The notes beneath the pieces are model-generated. The model did no database searches. It was not told the DNA's origin and saw nothing but the letters and a program-made list of their open reading frames with translations. A DNA stretch of 64,000 nt from Anaeramoeba ignava BMAN. Lineage: Eukaryota; Protista; Anaeramoebae. Where the stretch lies: positions 1 through 64,000 of the forward strand of contig JAPDFW010000017.1 in the NCBI GenBank assembly GCA_028826165.1, given 5' to 3'. Positions 29,000 through 41,200 of this stretch are shown here, piece after piece. Numbering within the stretch: position 1 is the stretch's first letter; each line of letters opens with the position of its first letter. A program made the translations under genes and the position numbers.

Positions 29000-30460
29000 A
29001 AATTTAAATTTATAAAATTTTTTGCTTTATAAATTTGTTTATAATATATATAAATAAATTGATTTTTATTTTTAAATTTGAATTGAAATAAAATTGAAAT
29101 TAAATTTATATATTTTATATATAGAAATTGATTTTTATTTTTGAATATAAATTATAAATATAAACAAAATTAAATTATACTTTTATTATAAATTTATTTA
29201 TAATATATAAAAATAAATTGATTTTTATTTTTAATTTAAATTTAAATAAATTGAAAATTAAATTTTATATTTTTTATAGAGAGAAATTGATTTTTATTTT
29301 TGAATATAAATTATAAATAAATTGAAATAAATTATTTTTTATAAAATTGCTCATAATTTTAATATATTAAATAAATTGAATTTTAGAAATGAATAAACAA
29401 ATTAAATTTATATATTTTATATATAGAGAGAAATTTTTTTATTTAAAATATAAAAGTGCAAATTAAATTGGGAATTATAAAATATTCCGTTGTTTATAAT
29501 TTAAATAAATATAAATAAATTGATTTTTATTTTAATTTAAATTATAAATAAATTGAAAATTAAATTTATATATTTTATATATAGAGAAAACTGATTTTTA
29601 TTTTTGAATATAACATTGAAATTAAATTAATAAATTATTTTATTATAAATTTATTTCAAGTAACATAAAATTAAAACTGATCTTTACTTTAAAGTCTAAA
29701 AGTTCTATAAATAAACTGGTAAAACTAAATTTGAGACATTCTAGAAAAGTATGTTTATTAATATGGAGAAACGATTTTTATTTCTTTCGAATTATGCAAA
29801 ATCATGCTAAATGGGCAAAGCTCTGGAAAACAAATCAATTAATTTGATTTTGTTTATGAAACTGGCGCCCGGTATACCATGAGTTGGCGGTAAATAAATT
29901 GACTTTTATTCTGAATCAACCTGAAACAAATGAAAACAAATTCATATTATATTCTACATAGAGAAATGGAAACGATTCCTTTTTATTTTTGAATATAAAT
30001 TATAAACAAATTGAAATTAAATTAATTATTATTTTATAATATAATTAATTTTATTTTTATTTATTATTTTTATTTCAAGTTTGATTTTAAAACTGATTTT
30101 TTTTTAAATTTAAAATTTAAAAATAAATTGAAAAGTAAATTTTATTACATTAATAATATATGTTTATTAAATATAAAATTGATTTTTATTTTTGAATAAA
30201 TATGAAAATAAATGAAATTTATAAATTATTTTCAATATAAATTATTTTTACAATTAAAAATTTGGCGCCATTTTACAATATATAAATAAAAAAATTGATT
30301 TTTATTTTAAATTAAATTGAAAATAAATGAAATTAAAAATTAAATCATATTTTAAATATAGAGAGAATTTTGATTTTTATTTTTGAATTCAATATAAATT
30401 ATAAATCAAAAAATTAAATTAAAAATTAATTATTTTATTATAAATTTGTTTTATAATATA
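29000..30460. repeat. Degenerate or noisy satellite S3 at the boundary of the two repeat domains
   Basis: S3 fragments (ATAGAGAGAAATTGATTTTT, AAATTATAAATAAATTGAAA) mixed with many substitutions and indels. Confidence 0.75.
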
Positions 30461-31544
30461 TATAAATAAAATTTTTATTTAATCAAATCCAAAAAGAATA
30501 TTTAATAAAATATATTTTTATTAATATATTTATTATTCTGATATTATATTTATTATATTATTTATTAATATAATATTGATAATTAATTTGATTCCATTAT
30601 TATATTAATTTTGAATATATATTTTGATTTAATATTTATTATTGAAAATGTTTAAAATATATAAATTAGAATAAAATTTGATTTTTATTTTTGATTTATA
30701 TTTATACAAATTGAAATAAAGTTGATAAAAATATTATTTATTTTGATTTATACTTTTAAAAATTTATTTTTATTTTTAAACATTTTACATTATATATATT
30801 TTTGAATTAATATTTATTATTATATATTTATTAATTATATATTCATTAATTATATTTATATAATATAATTAATATTCATTTTTATTTATTATTTTTCATT
30901 TCAAATTTATTTATTTTAATAATTAATAATAAATAAATTTCCATTTATAATTAATTAATTAATTAATTCTAATATTTTTATTTTTATTAATAATTCAATT
31001 ATTATTTTCAAAATTTATTTTTATTTATTTTATTAATTTTATTTTTGATTTTTCAAAATTCATTTACACAATAAAATAAAATGAAAATAAAATAAATTAC
31101 AATTAAAAATATTTTATTTATTTAATTTATAAAATATAAAATATGAATTAAATTGAATTAAAATTAAATTAAATTGAAAATTAAAAAATGAAAATAGAAA
31201 TTAAATTGTAAAATGAAAATGAAATTGAAAAAAATTAAATTAAATTGAAAATGAAATTGCAAAATAAATAAATAAATAAATAAATAGAAGAAGAAAAGAA
31301 GATAAAATATATATTATATTTTAAAAATTGATTATTAATTCTAAATTAATAAAAAACAAAATTAAATTAAATTAAATTAAATTAAAATTAAAATAAATAT
31401 TTATTTATAAATATTTTAATTTACAAAATACTAAAAATATATATATCAAATATAAAAATAAATTTCAAAATTAAAAACATAAATTAAAAATAAAAATAAA
31501 AATAAATTAAATTATGAATAAATTATGAATAAATTATTATTAAT

Positions 31545-31571
31545 CCCCTTATGCCCCTTCAACCCAATCCC
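31545..31571 (-). other. Canonical G-quadruplex motif
   Basis: CCCC-TTATG-CCCC-TTCAA-CCC-AAT-CCC on +, giving four runs of at least G3 with 3-5 nt loops on -. Confidence 0.7.
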
Positions 31572-31919
31572 ATTTTAATTTCCTTTTATTTCCTTTATAA
31601 ATTAACTATAAATGAAATTGAATATAAATTTGAATTGAAATAAATATAAATTAAATAGAATTCTATTGTAAATTAATTCAAAACATACTTCAATTTTGTT
31701 TTACAATTGAAATAAAATAATTATTTTATATTAAATTGAATAAAAAATATAATAAAATAACTTAATTCAAAATAGATTTACTTTTTGTTCTGTTTTAATT
31801 TAAAATAATTGAAAATCAAAATAAATCAAATAAAATTGAAATAAAATTGAAATAAAATTGAAAAGTAAGTGTTTAAACATAAATTCGTTTTGTTAATAAA
31901 TAAATAAAATGAAAACAAA

Positions 31920-34475
31920 ATGTAATTTAATTTAATTTAATTGTAAATTGAATTTAATTTATTTAATTTAATTGTAAATTGAATTTAATTTATTTAATTT
32001 AATTGTAAATTGAATTGAATCATTTATTTAATTTAATTGTAAATTGAATTTATTTAATTTAATTGTGAATTGAATTATTTATTTAATTTAATTGTAAATT
32101 GAATTTATTTAATTTAATTGTAAATTGAATGTAATTTAATTGTAAATTGAAATTATTTATTAATTTAATTGTAAATTGAATTATTTATTTAATTTAATTG
32201 TAAATTGAATTATTTATTTTGATTTAATTGTAAATTGAATTATTTATTTATTTTGATTTAATTGTAAATTGAATTTATTTATTAATTTAATTGTAAATTG
32301 AATTATATTTATTTAATTTAATTGTAAATTGAATTATATTTATTAATTTAATTGTAAATTGAATTATTTATTTAATTTAATTGTAAATTGAATTAATTTA
32401 TTTAATTTAATTGTAAATTGAATTATATTTATTTAATTTAATTGTAAATTGAATGTAATTTATTTAATTTAATTGTAAATTGAATTAATTTATTTAATTT
32501 AATTGTAAATTGAATTTATTTAATTTAATTGTAAATTGAATTTATTTATTGATTTAATTTAATTGTAAATTGAATTAAATTTATTGATTTAATTGTAAAT
32601 TGAATTAATTTATTGATTTAATTGTAAATTGAATTAATTTATTGATTTAATTGTAAATTGAATTAATTTATTTAATTTAATTGTAAATTGAATTAATTTT
32701 ATTTAATTTAATTGTAAATTGAATTTATTTATTAATTTAATTGTAAATTGAATTATTTATTGATTTAATTGTAAAATTGAATTTATTTATTTAATTTAAT
32801 TGTAAATTGAATTAATTTATTGATTTAATTGTAAATTGAATTATTTATTAATTTAATTGTAAATTGAATTATTTATTTAATTTAATTGTAAATTGAATTA
32901 TTTATTTAATTTAATTGTAAATTGAATTATTTATTAATTTAATTGTAAATTGAATTAAATTTAATTTAAATTGAATTAAATTTAATTGTAAATTGAATTA
33001 TATTTATTTAATTGTAAATTGAATTATATTTATTTAATTGTAAATTGAATTATTTAATTTAATTGTAAATTGAATGTAATTTAATTGTAAATTGAATGTA
33101 ATTTAATTGTAAATTGAATGTAATTTAATTGTAAATTGAATTATTTAATTTAATTTAATTGTAAATTGAATTTATTTAATTTAATTGTAAATTGAATTTA
33201 TTTTAATTTAATTGTAAATTGAATTGAATTTAATTGTAAATTGAATTGAATTTATTTAATTTAATTGTAAATTGAATTTATTTATTTAATTTAATTGTAA
33301 ATTGAATTATTTATTTAATTTAATTGTAAATTGAATTTATTTATTTAATTTAATTGTAAATTGAATTTATTTATTTAATTTAATTGTAAAATTGAATTTA
33401 TTTAATTTTAATTTAATTAAATTGAATTATTTTTAATTTAATTGTAAATTGAATTATATTTATTTAATTTAATTGTAAATTGAATTTATTTAATTTAATT
33501 GTAAATTGAATTATTTATTAATTTAATTTAAAATTTGAATGTAATTTATTTAATTTAATTGTAAATTGAATTATATTTATTAATTTAATTGTAAATTTAA
33601 TTGTAAATTTAATTTAATTGTAAATTGAATTGTAAATTTAATTTAATTTAATTGTAAATTGAATTATTTATTTATTTAATTTAATTGTAAATTGAATTAT
33701 TTATTAATTTAATTGTAAATTGAATTATTTATTAATTTAATTGTAAATTGAATTGAATTATTTATTTAATTTAATTGTAAATTGAATTGAATTATTTATT
33801 TAATTTAATTGTAAAATTGAATTATTTATTGATTTAATTGTAAATTGAATTATATTTATTTAATTTAATTTAATTGAAAAATTGAATTTTAAATTAATTT
33901 AAATTTAATTGTAAATTGAATTATTTATTTAATTTAATTGTAAATTGAATTATATTTATTTAATTTAATTGTAAATTGAATTATATTTATTTAATTTAAT
34001 TGTAAATTGAATTATATTTATTTAATTTAATTTAAATTAAATTGAATTTAATTTTAATTGTAAATTGAATTATTTATTAATTTAATTGTAAATTGAATTT
34101 ATTTAATTTAATTGTGAAAATTGAATTTATTTAATTTAATTGTAAATTGAATTATTTATTTAATTTAATTGTAAATTGAATTATTTATTTAATTTAATTG
34201 TAAATTGAATTATTTATTAATTTAATTGTAAATTGAATTATTTATTTAATTTAATTGTAAATTGAATTATTTATTAATTTAATTGTAAATTGAATTATTT
34301 ATTAATTTAATTGTAAATTGAATTTATTTATTTAATTTAATTGTAAATTGAATTATATTTATTAAATTTAATTGTAAATTTAATTGTAAATTTAATTTAA
34401 TTGTAAATTGAATTGTAAAATTTAATTTAATTTAATTGTAAATTGAATTTATTTAATTTAATTGTAAATTTAATT
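31920..34475. repeat. Minisatellite S4, core TTTAATTGTAAATTGAA, unit ~20-33 bp
   Basis: Direct inspection; the array restarts at ~63800-64000. Confidence 0.95.
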
Positions 34476-35729
34476 CAAAATAAAAATAATAAGAAAAATC
34501 AAAATAAAAATCAGAAATGAATATTGATTTATTTTTTTTTGTGTTTATTTATTATGTAAAGTTGATTGTAATCTAAATTGAAAATTTAAATTAATTCAAA
34601 TTCAAATCAAATTCAATTTAAATTCAAATCAAATTAAATGAAAATCAAATTCAATTCAAATCAAATTCAAATTCAAATTCAAATCAAATCAAATCAATTC
34701 AAATTCAAATTAAATTCAAATTAAATTCAAATTAAATTCAAATTCAAATTCAAATTCAAATTAAATTCAAATCAAATTCAAATTCAAATTCAAATTCAAA
34801 TTCAAATTAAATTCAAATTCAAATTAAATTCAAATTAAATTAAATTCAAATTAAATTCAAATTAAATTCAAATCAAAATTAAAATGAAAATCAAATTGAA
34901 AATGAAAATGAAAATGAAAATGAAATTAAATTAGATTTAAAATAAATTAAATTGTAAATGAAATTAAAATGAAATTTTGAATAAAATAATAAATGAAAAT
35001 AAATAAATAATTATTCTAAAAAATATAAAAAGAATTACAAAATAAAAATCAAATCCAAAAAAAAAGAATATTTAATAAAATATATTTTTATTAATATATT
35101 TATTATTCTGATATTATATTTATTATATTATTTATTAATATAATATTGATAATAAATTTGATTCCATTATTATATTAATTTTGAATATATATTTTGATTT
35201 AATATTTATTATTGAAAAATGTTAAAAAATATATAAATTAGAATAAAATTTGATTTTTTTTATTTTTTTGATTTATATTTATATAAATTGAAATAAAGTT
35301 GATAAAAATATTATTTATTTTTGATTTATACTTTTAAAAATTTATTTTTATTTTTAAACATTTTATATTACATATATTTTGAATTGATATTTTGTTATTA
35401 TATATTTATTAATTATATATTCATTCTTTTATATTTATATAATATAATTAATATTCATTTTTATTTATTATTTTTTTCATTTCAAATTTATTTATTTTAA
35501 TAATTAATAATAATAAATTTTGATTTATAATTAATTAATTAATTAATTAATTCTAATATTTTTATTTTATTAATAATTCAATTATTATTTCAAAATTTAT
35601 TTTTATTTTATTAATTTTATTTTTGATTTTTCAAAATTTATTTACACACAAAAATAAAATGGGAAAATAAAATAAATTACAATTAAAAATATTTATTAAA
35701 TTGTTTAAAAAAATATAAATTGAAATAAT

Positions 35730-36125
35730 TAAAATGTAATTGAAAAAATGTGAATTGAAAATGTAATTGAAAATGTAATTAAAAAAATTCAAATTAATTG
35801 AAAATGTAATTGAAAATGAAATTGAAAATGTAATTGAAAATGAAATGAAATGAAATGAAAAATGTAATTGAAAATGTAATTGAAAATGTAATTGAAAATG
35901 TAATTGAAAATGTAATTGAAAATGTAATTGAAAATGTAATTGAAAATGTAATTGAAAATGTAATTGAAAATGTAATTGAAAATGTAATTGAAAATGTAAT
36001 TGAAAATGAAATTGAAAATGTAATTGAAAATGTAATTGAAAATGTAATTGAAAATGTAATTGAAAATGAAATTGAAAATGTAATTGAAAATGTAATTGAA
36101 AATGTAATTGAAAATGTAATTGAAA
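35730..36125. repeat. (AATGTAATTGAA)n 12-bp minisatellite
   Basis: Near-perfect run; also at 39475-39680, 42145-42290, 43355-43485 and, degenerate, 53200-53900. Confidence 0.96.
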
Positions 36126-36239
36126 AAATTGAAAAAAAGAAAAAGAAAAAAGAAAAATAACCAAAAGAAATAAATATTTATTTGTTTTAAATTCAAATCA
36201 AATTAAATTCAAATTAAATTCAAAATCAAATTCAAATTA

Positions 36240-37190
36240 AATTGAAAATTAAATTTATATATTTTATATATAGAGAGAAATTGATTTTTTTTATTTTTTG
36301 AATATAAATTATAAATAAATTGAAAATTAAATTTATTAATTATTTTGTTATAAATTTGTTTATATATATATAAATAAATTGATTTTTTTTATTTTTGAAT
36401 TTAAATTATAAATAAATTGAAAAATAAATTTATATATTTTATATATAGAGAGAAATTGATTTTTTATTTTTTGAATATAAATTATAAATAAATTGGAAAT
36501 TAAATTAATAAATTATTTTGTTATAAATTTGTTTATAATATATATAAATAAATTGATTTTTTTATTTTTAATTTGAATTGAAATAAATTGAAAATTAAAT
36601 TTATATATTTTATATATAGAGAGAAATTGATTTTTTTATTTTTGAATATAAATTATAAATAAATTGAAAATTAAATTAATTAATTATTTTGTTATAAATT
36701 TGTTTTATAATATATATAAATAAATTGATTTTTATTTTTGATTTAAATTAAAAATAAATTGAAAATTAAATTTATATATTTTATATATAGAGAGAAATTG
36801 ATTTTTTATTTTTGAATATAAATTATAAATAAATTGGAAATTAAATTAATTAATTATTTTTGTTATAAATTTGTTTATAATATATATAAATAAATTGATT
36901 TTTTTATTTTGAATTTGAATTATAAATAAATTGAAAAATAAATTTATATATTTTATATATAGAGAGAAATTGATTTTTATTTTTGAATATAAATTATAAA
37001 TAAATTGGAAATTAAATTAATTAAAGTATTTTTGTTATAAATTTGTTTTATAATATATATAAATAAATTGATTTTTATTTTTAATTTGAATTATAAATAA
37101 ATTGAAAATTAAATTTATATATTTTATATATAGAGAGAAATTGATTTTTATTTTTGAATATAAATTATAAATAAATTGGAAATTAAATTG
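36240..37190. repeat. Satellite S3, ~6 copies
   Basis: Anchor at 36271, 36446, 36617, 36788, 36960, 37131. Confidence 0.95.
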
Positions 37191-38585
37191 AAATTCAAAT
37201 CTAAATTAAATTAAATTGAAAATGAAATTGAAAATGAAATTAAATTATATTTAAAATAAATTAAATTGTAAATGAAGTTAAAATGAAATTTTGAATAAAA
37301 TAATAAATGAAAAGAAATAAATAATTATTCTAAAAATATAAAAAGAATTACAAAATAAAAATCAAATTCAAAAAGAATATTTAATAAAATATATTTTTAT
37401 TAATATATTTATTATTCTGATATTATATTTATTATATTATTTATTAATATAATATTGATAATAAATTTGATTACATTATTATATTAATTTTGAATATATA
37501 TTTTGATTTAATATTTATTATTGAAAAATGTTTAAAAATATATAAATTAGAATAAAATTTGATTTTTATTTTTGATTTATATTTATATAAATTGAAATAA
37601 AGTTGATAAAAATATTATTTATTTTGATTTATACTTTTAAAAATTTATTTTTATTTTTAAACATTTTTCATTATATATATTTTGAATTGATATTTATTAT
37701 TTATATATTTATTAATTATATATTCATTAATTATATTTATATAATATAATTAATATTCATTTTTATTTATTATTTTTCATTTCAAATTTATTTATTTTAA
37801 TAATTAATAATAATAAATTTTCATTTATAATTAATTCTAATATTTTTATTTAATTTAATTTAAAATAAAATGAATAAATAAATTAAGTATAATAAATAGA
37901 TGTAAATATTTAATTTAAAATTTAAAATTCAAAATTCAAAATTCAAAATTGATTAAAAATAAATTTAATTGTAAATCAAAATTGAAATTGAAAATGAAAA
38001 TGAAATTTCAAAAAGAAATGAAATCAAAATAAATATTAATTATTCCAAAAAGAATATTTAATAGAATAATTAATAAAATATATTTTTATTAATAGATTTA
38101 TTATTCTTATATTATATTTATTATATTATTTATTAATATAATATTGATAATTAATTTGATTATATTATTATATTAATTTTAAATATAATTAAATTGATAT
38201 TTATTTTTGAAAAATGTTTGTAATATATATTTTGATTTTATTTTTTCATTTTTATTTTTGATTTATATTTATTAATTATATATTAGAAGTAATAATAATA
38301 ATAATTTGATTATTTATTCATTAATTTATAATATTTTAATGTTGGAAAATAAAATAAAATATTTTCTTTTCTTTTCTTAATGATTTATAAATGAAAAAAA
38401 AAAAGATATTTAATAAAATAAATTCATTGAAAAATAAATCTAAATTACATTCTGTTGTAAATAAATAAATAAAAACAATTCTTTTTGTTTTTTTTAATAA
38501 ATTTTTTTTTCCATAATTGATAATACTTTTACAAAAAATTGAAAATAAATATTCTCCATTTTCAACCCATTTTTCAAGATATAAA

Positions 38586-38921
38586 GAGGTAAGTATATCA
38601 CTTACAAACACATATTAGTGAGGGGAACGGGGGGAGAACTAGTGAAAGGGGGGTAAGAGGAGCAACCGAGCGAAAGCGAGTATGTGTTTTGACAAACTGA
38701 GATTTGTCAAACAAATCCGAATAGGATTTATTTAATGAGAAAGGATTCCTTTCGAATAAACAAATAAATAAATCCATATGAAAGACTTGTTTGACAAATC
38801 TCAGTTTGTAATTCCAAAACAACATACAAGACATTTCGAATATCAAGGTTTGACAACCCTGAGGGTTGGTAACAACGGCTGTAAGTCGGTGTTAACGGGG
38901 AGGGAGGCGGGCACTATTCAC
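38586..38921. ncRNA. GC island C, copy 1: G-runs, ~150 nt rod hairpin with a perfect 23 bp stem, two small hairpins
   Basis: 38692-38714 is the exact reverse complement of 38787-38809. Further helices: GGATTTATTTA/TAAATAAATCC, GAAAGG/CCTTTC, CAACCC/GGGTTG, TAACAACGGCT/AGTCGGTGTTA. Confidence 0.5.
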
Positions 38922-39889
38922 TTTTTTTTATTAATTTATTTACTTTTCTTTTTTTATTTTTCCTTTTCTTTTTATAAATTAGAATAAAATTTGATTTTTT
39001 TTTATTTTTTTTTTGATTTATATTTATATAAATTGAAATTAAGTTGATAAAAAAAATATTATTTATTTTGATTTATACTTTTAAAAATTTATTTTTATTT
39101 TTTAAACATTTTATATCATATATATTTTGAATTGATATTTATTATTATATATTTATTAATTATATATTCATTTGTTATATTTATATAATATAATTAATAT
39201 TCATTTTTTATTTATTATTTTTCATTTCAAATTTATTTATTTTAATAATTAATAATAATATATTTTCATTTATAATTAATTAATTAATTAATTCTAATAT
39301 TTTTTATTTTATTAATAATTCAATTATTATTTTCAAAATTTATTTTTATTTATTTTATTAATTTTATTTTTTTTGATTTTTTTCAAAATTTATTTACACA
39401 CAAAATAAAATGAAAATAAAATAAATTACAATTAAAAATATTTATTAAATTGTTTATAAAATATAAGTTGAAATTGAAAATGTAATTGAAAATGTAATTG
39501 AAAATGTAATTGAAAATGTAATTGAAAATGTAATTGAAAATGTAATTGAAAATGTAATTGAAAATGTAATTGAAAATGTAATTGAAAATGTAATTGAAAA
39601 TGTAATTGAAAATGTAATTGAAAATGTAATTGAAAATGTAATTGAAAATGAAATGAAAATATAATTGAAAATGTAATTGAAAATGAAAAAAAAAAGAAAA
39701 AAGAAAAATAACCAAAAGAAATAAATATTTGTTTGTTTTAAATTCAAATCAAATTCAAATTCAAATTAAATTCAAATAAAAATTCAAATTCAAATTAAAA
39801 TTAAATTCAAATCAAATTCAAATTAAATTCAAATCAAATTCAAATTAAATTCAAATCAAATCAAATTAAATTCAAATCAATTCAAATTA

Positions 39890-41200
39890 AATTGAAAAAT
39901 AAATTTATATATTTTATATATAGAGAGAAATTGATTTTTTATTTTTTGAATATAAATTATAAATAAATTGGAAATTAAATTAATTAATTATTTTGTTATA
40001 AATTTGTTTATAATATATATAAATAAATTGATTTTTTTTATTTTTAATTTAAATTATAAATAAATTAAAAATTAAATTTATATATTTTATATATAGAGAG
40101 AAATTGATTTTTTATTTTTTGAATATAAATTATAAATAAATTGAAAATTAAATTAATTAATTATTTTGTTATAAATTTGTTTATAATATATATAAATAAA
40201 TTGATTTTTTTTATTTTTAATTTTAATTATAAATAAATTGAAAATTAAATTTATATATTTTATATATAGAGAGAAATTGATTTTTTTATTTTTTGAATAT
40301 AAATTGTAAAGAAATTGGAAATTAAATTAATAAATTATTTTGTTATAAATTTGTTTATAATATATATAAATAAATTGATTTTTTTTATTTTGAATTTAAA
40401 TTATAAATAAATTGAAAAATAAATTTATATATTTTATATATAGAGAGAAATTGATTTTTTATTTTTTGAATATAAATTATAAATAAATTGAAAATTAAAT
40501 TAATTAATTATTTTGTTATAAATTTGTTTATAATATATATAAATAAATTGATTTTTTTTATTTTTAATTTTAATTATAAATAAATTGAAAAATAAATTTA
40601 TATATTTTATATATAGAGAGAAATTGATTTTTTATTTTTTGAATATAAATTATAAATAAATTGGAAATTAAATTAATTAATTATTTTGTTATAAATTTGT
40701 TTATAATATATATAAATAAATTGATTTTTTTTATTTTTAATTTAAATTATAAATAAATTAAAAATAAATTTATATATTTTATATATAGAGAGAAATTGAT
40801 TTTTTATTTTTTGAATATAAATTATAAATAAATTGAAAATTAAATTAATTAATTATTTTATTATAAATTTGTTTATAATATATATAAATAAATTGATTTT
40901 TTTTATTTTTAATTTGAATTATAAATAAATTGAAAATTAAATTTATATATTTTATATATAGAGAGAAATTGATTTTTTTATTTTTTGAATATAAATTATA
41001 AATAAATTGGAAATTAAATTTATAAATTATTTTATTATAAATTTGTTTATAATATATATAAATAAATTGATTTTTTTATTTTTTAATTTAAATTATAAAT
41101 AAATTGAAAATTAAATTTATATATTTTATATATAGAGAGAAATTGATTTTTTATTTTTTGAATATAAATTATAAATAAATTGGAAATTAAATTAATTAAT
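39890..41200. repeat. Satellite S3, ~8 copies
   Basis: Anchor at 39921, 40094, 40267, 40441 and onward. Confidence 0.95.

Larger units (their letters stand above)
4070..30450. repeat. Left higher-order repeat, ~15.3-15.4 kb unit (4070-19395; second, truncated copy from 19395)
   Basis: Same order of blocks. TATGTGTTATTTGTCTTC anchor at ~4360/19465 and ~9653/25111; islands A and B offset by 15411. Confidence 0.9.

Noticed and set aside
38586-38596. U1 5' end (ATACTTACCT) on the minus strand
   Set aside because: Followed by AT-rich sequence with none of the U1 stem-loops; it is simply the complement of a donor-like word.
38854-38872. Kinetoplast UMS-like GGGTTGGT or telomerase template-like CAACCCT
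   Set aside because: Partial 7-8 nt matches only, explained by the local CAACCC/GGGTTG hairpin; no supporting CSB order and no telomeric repeats in the window.
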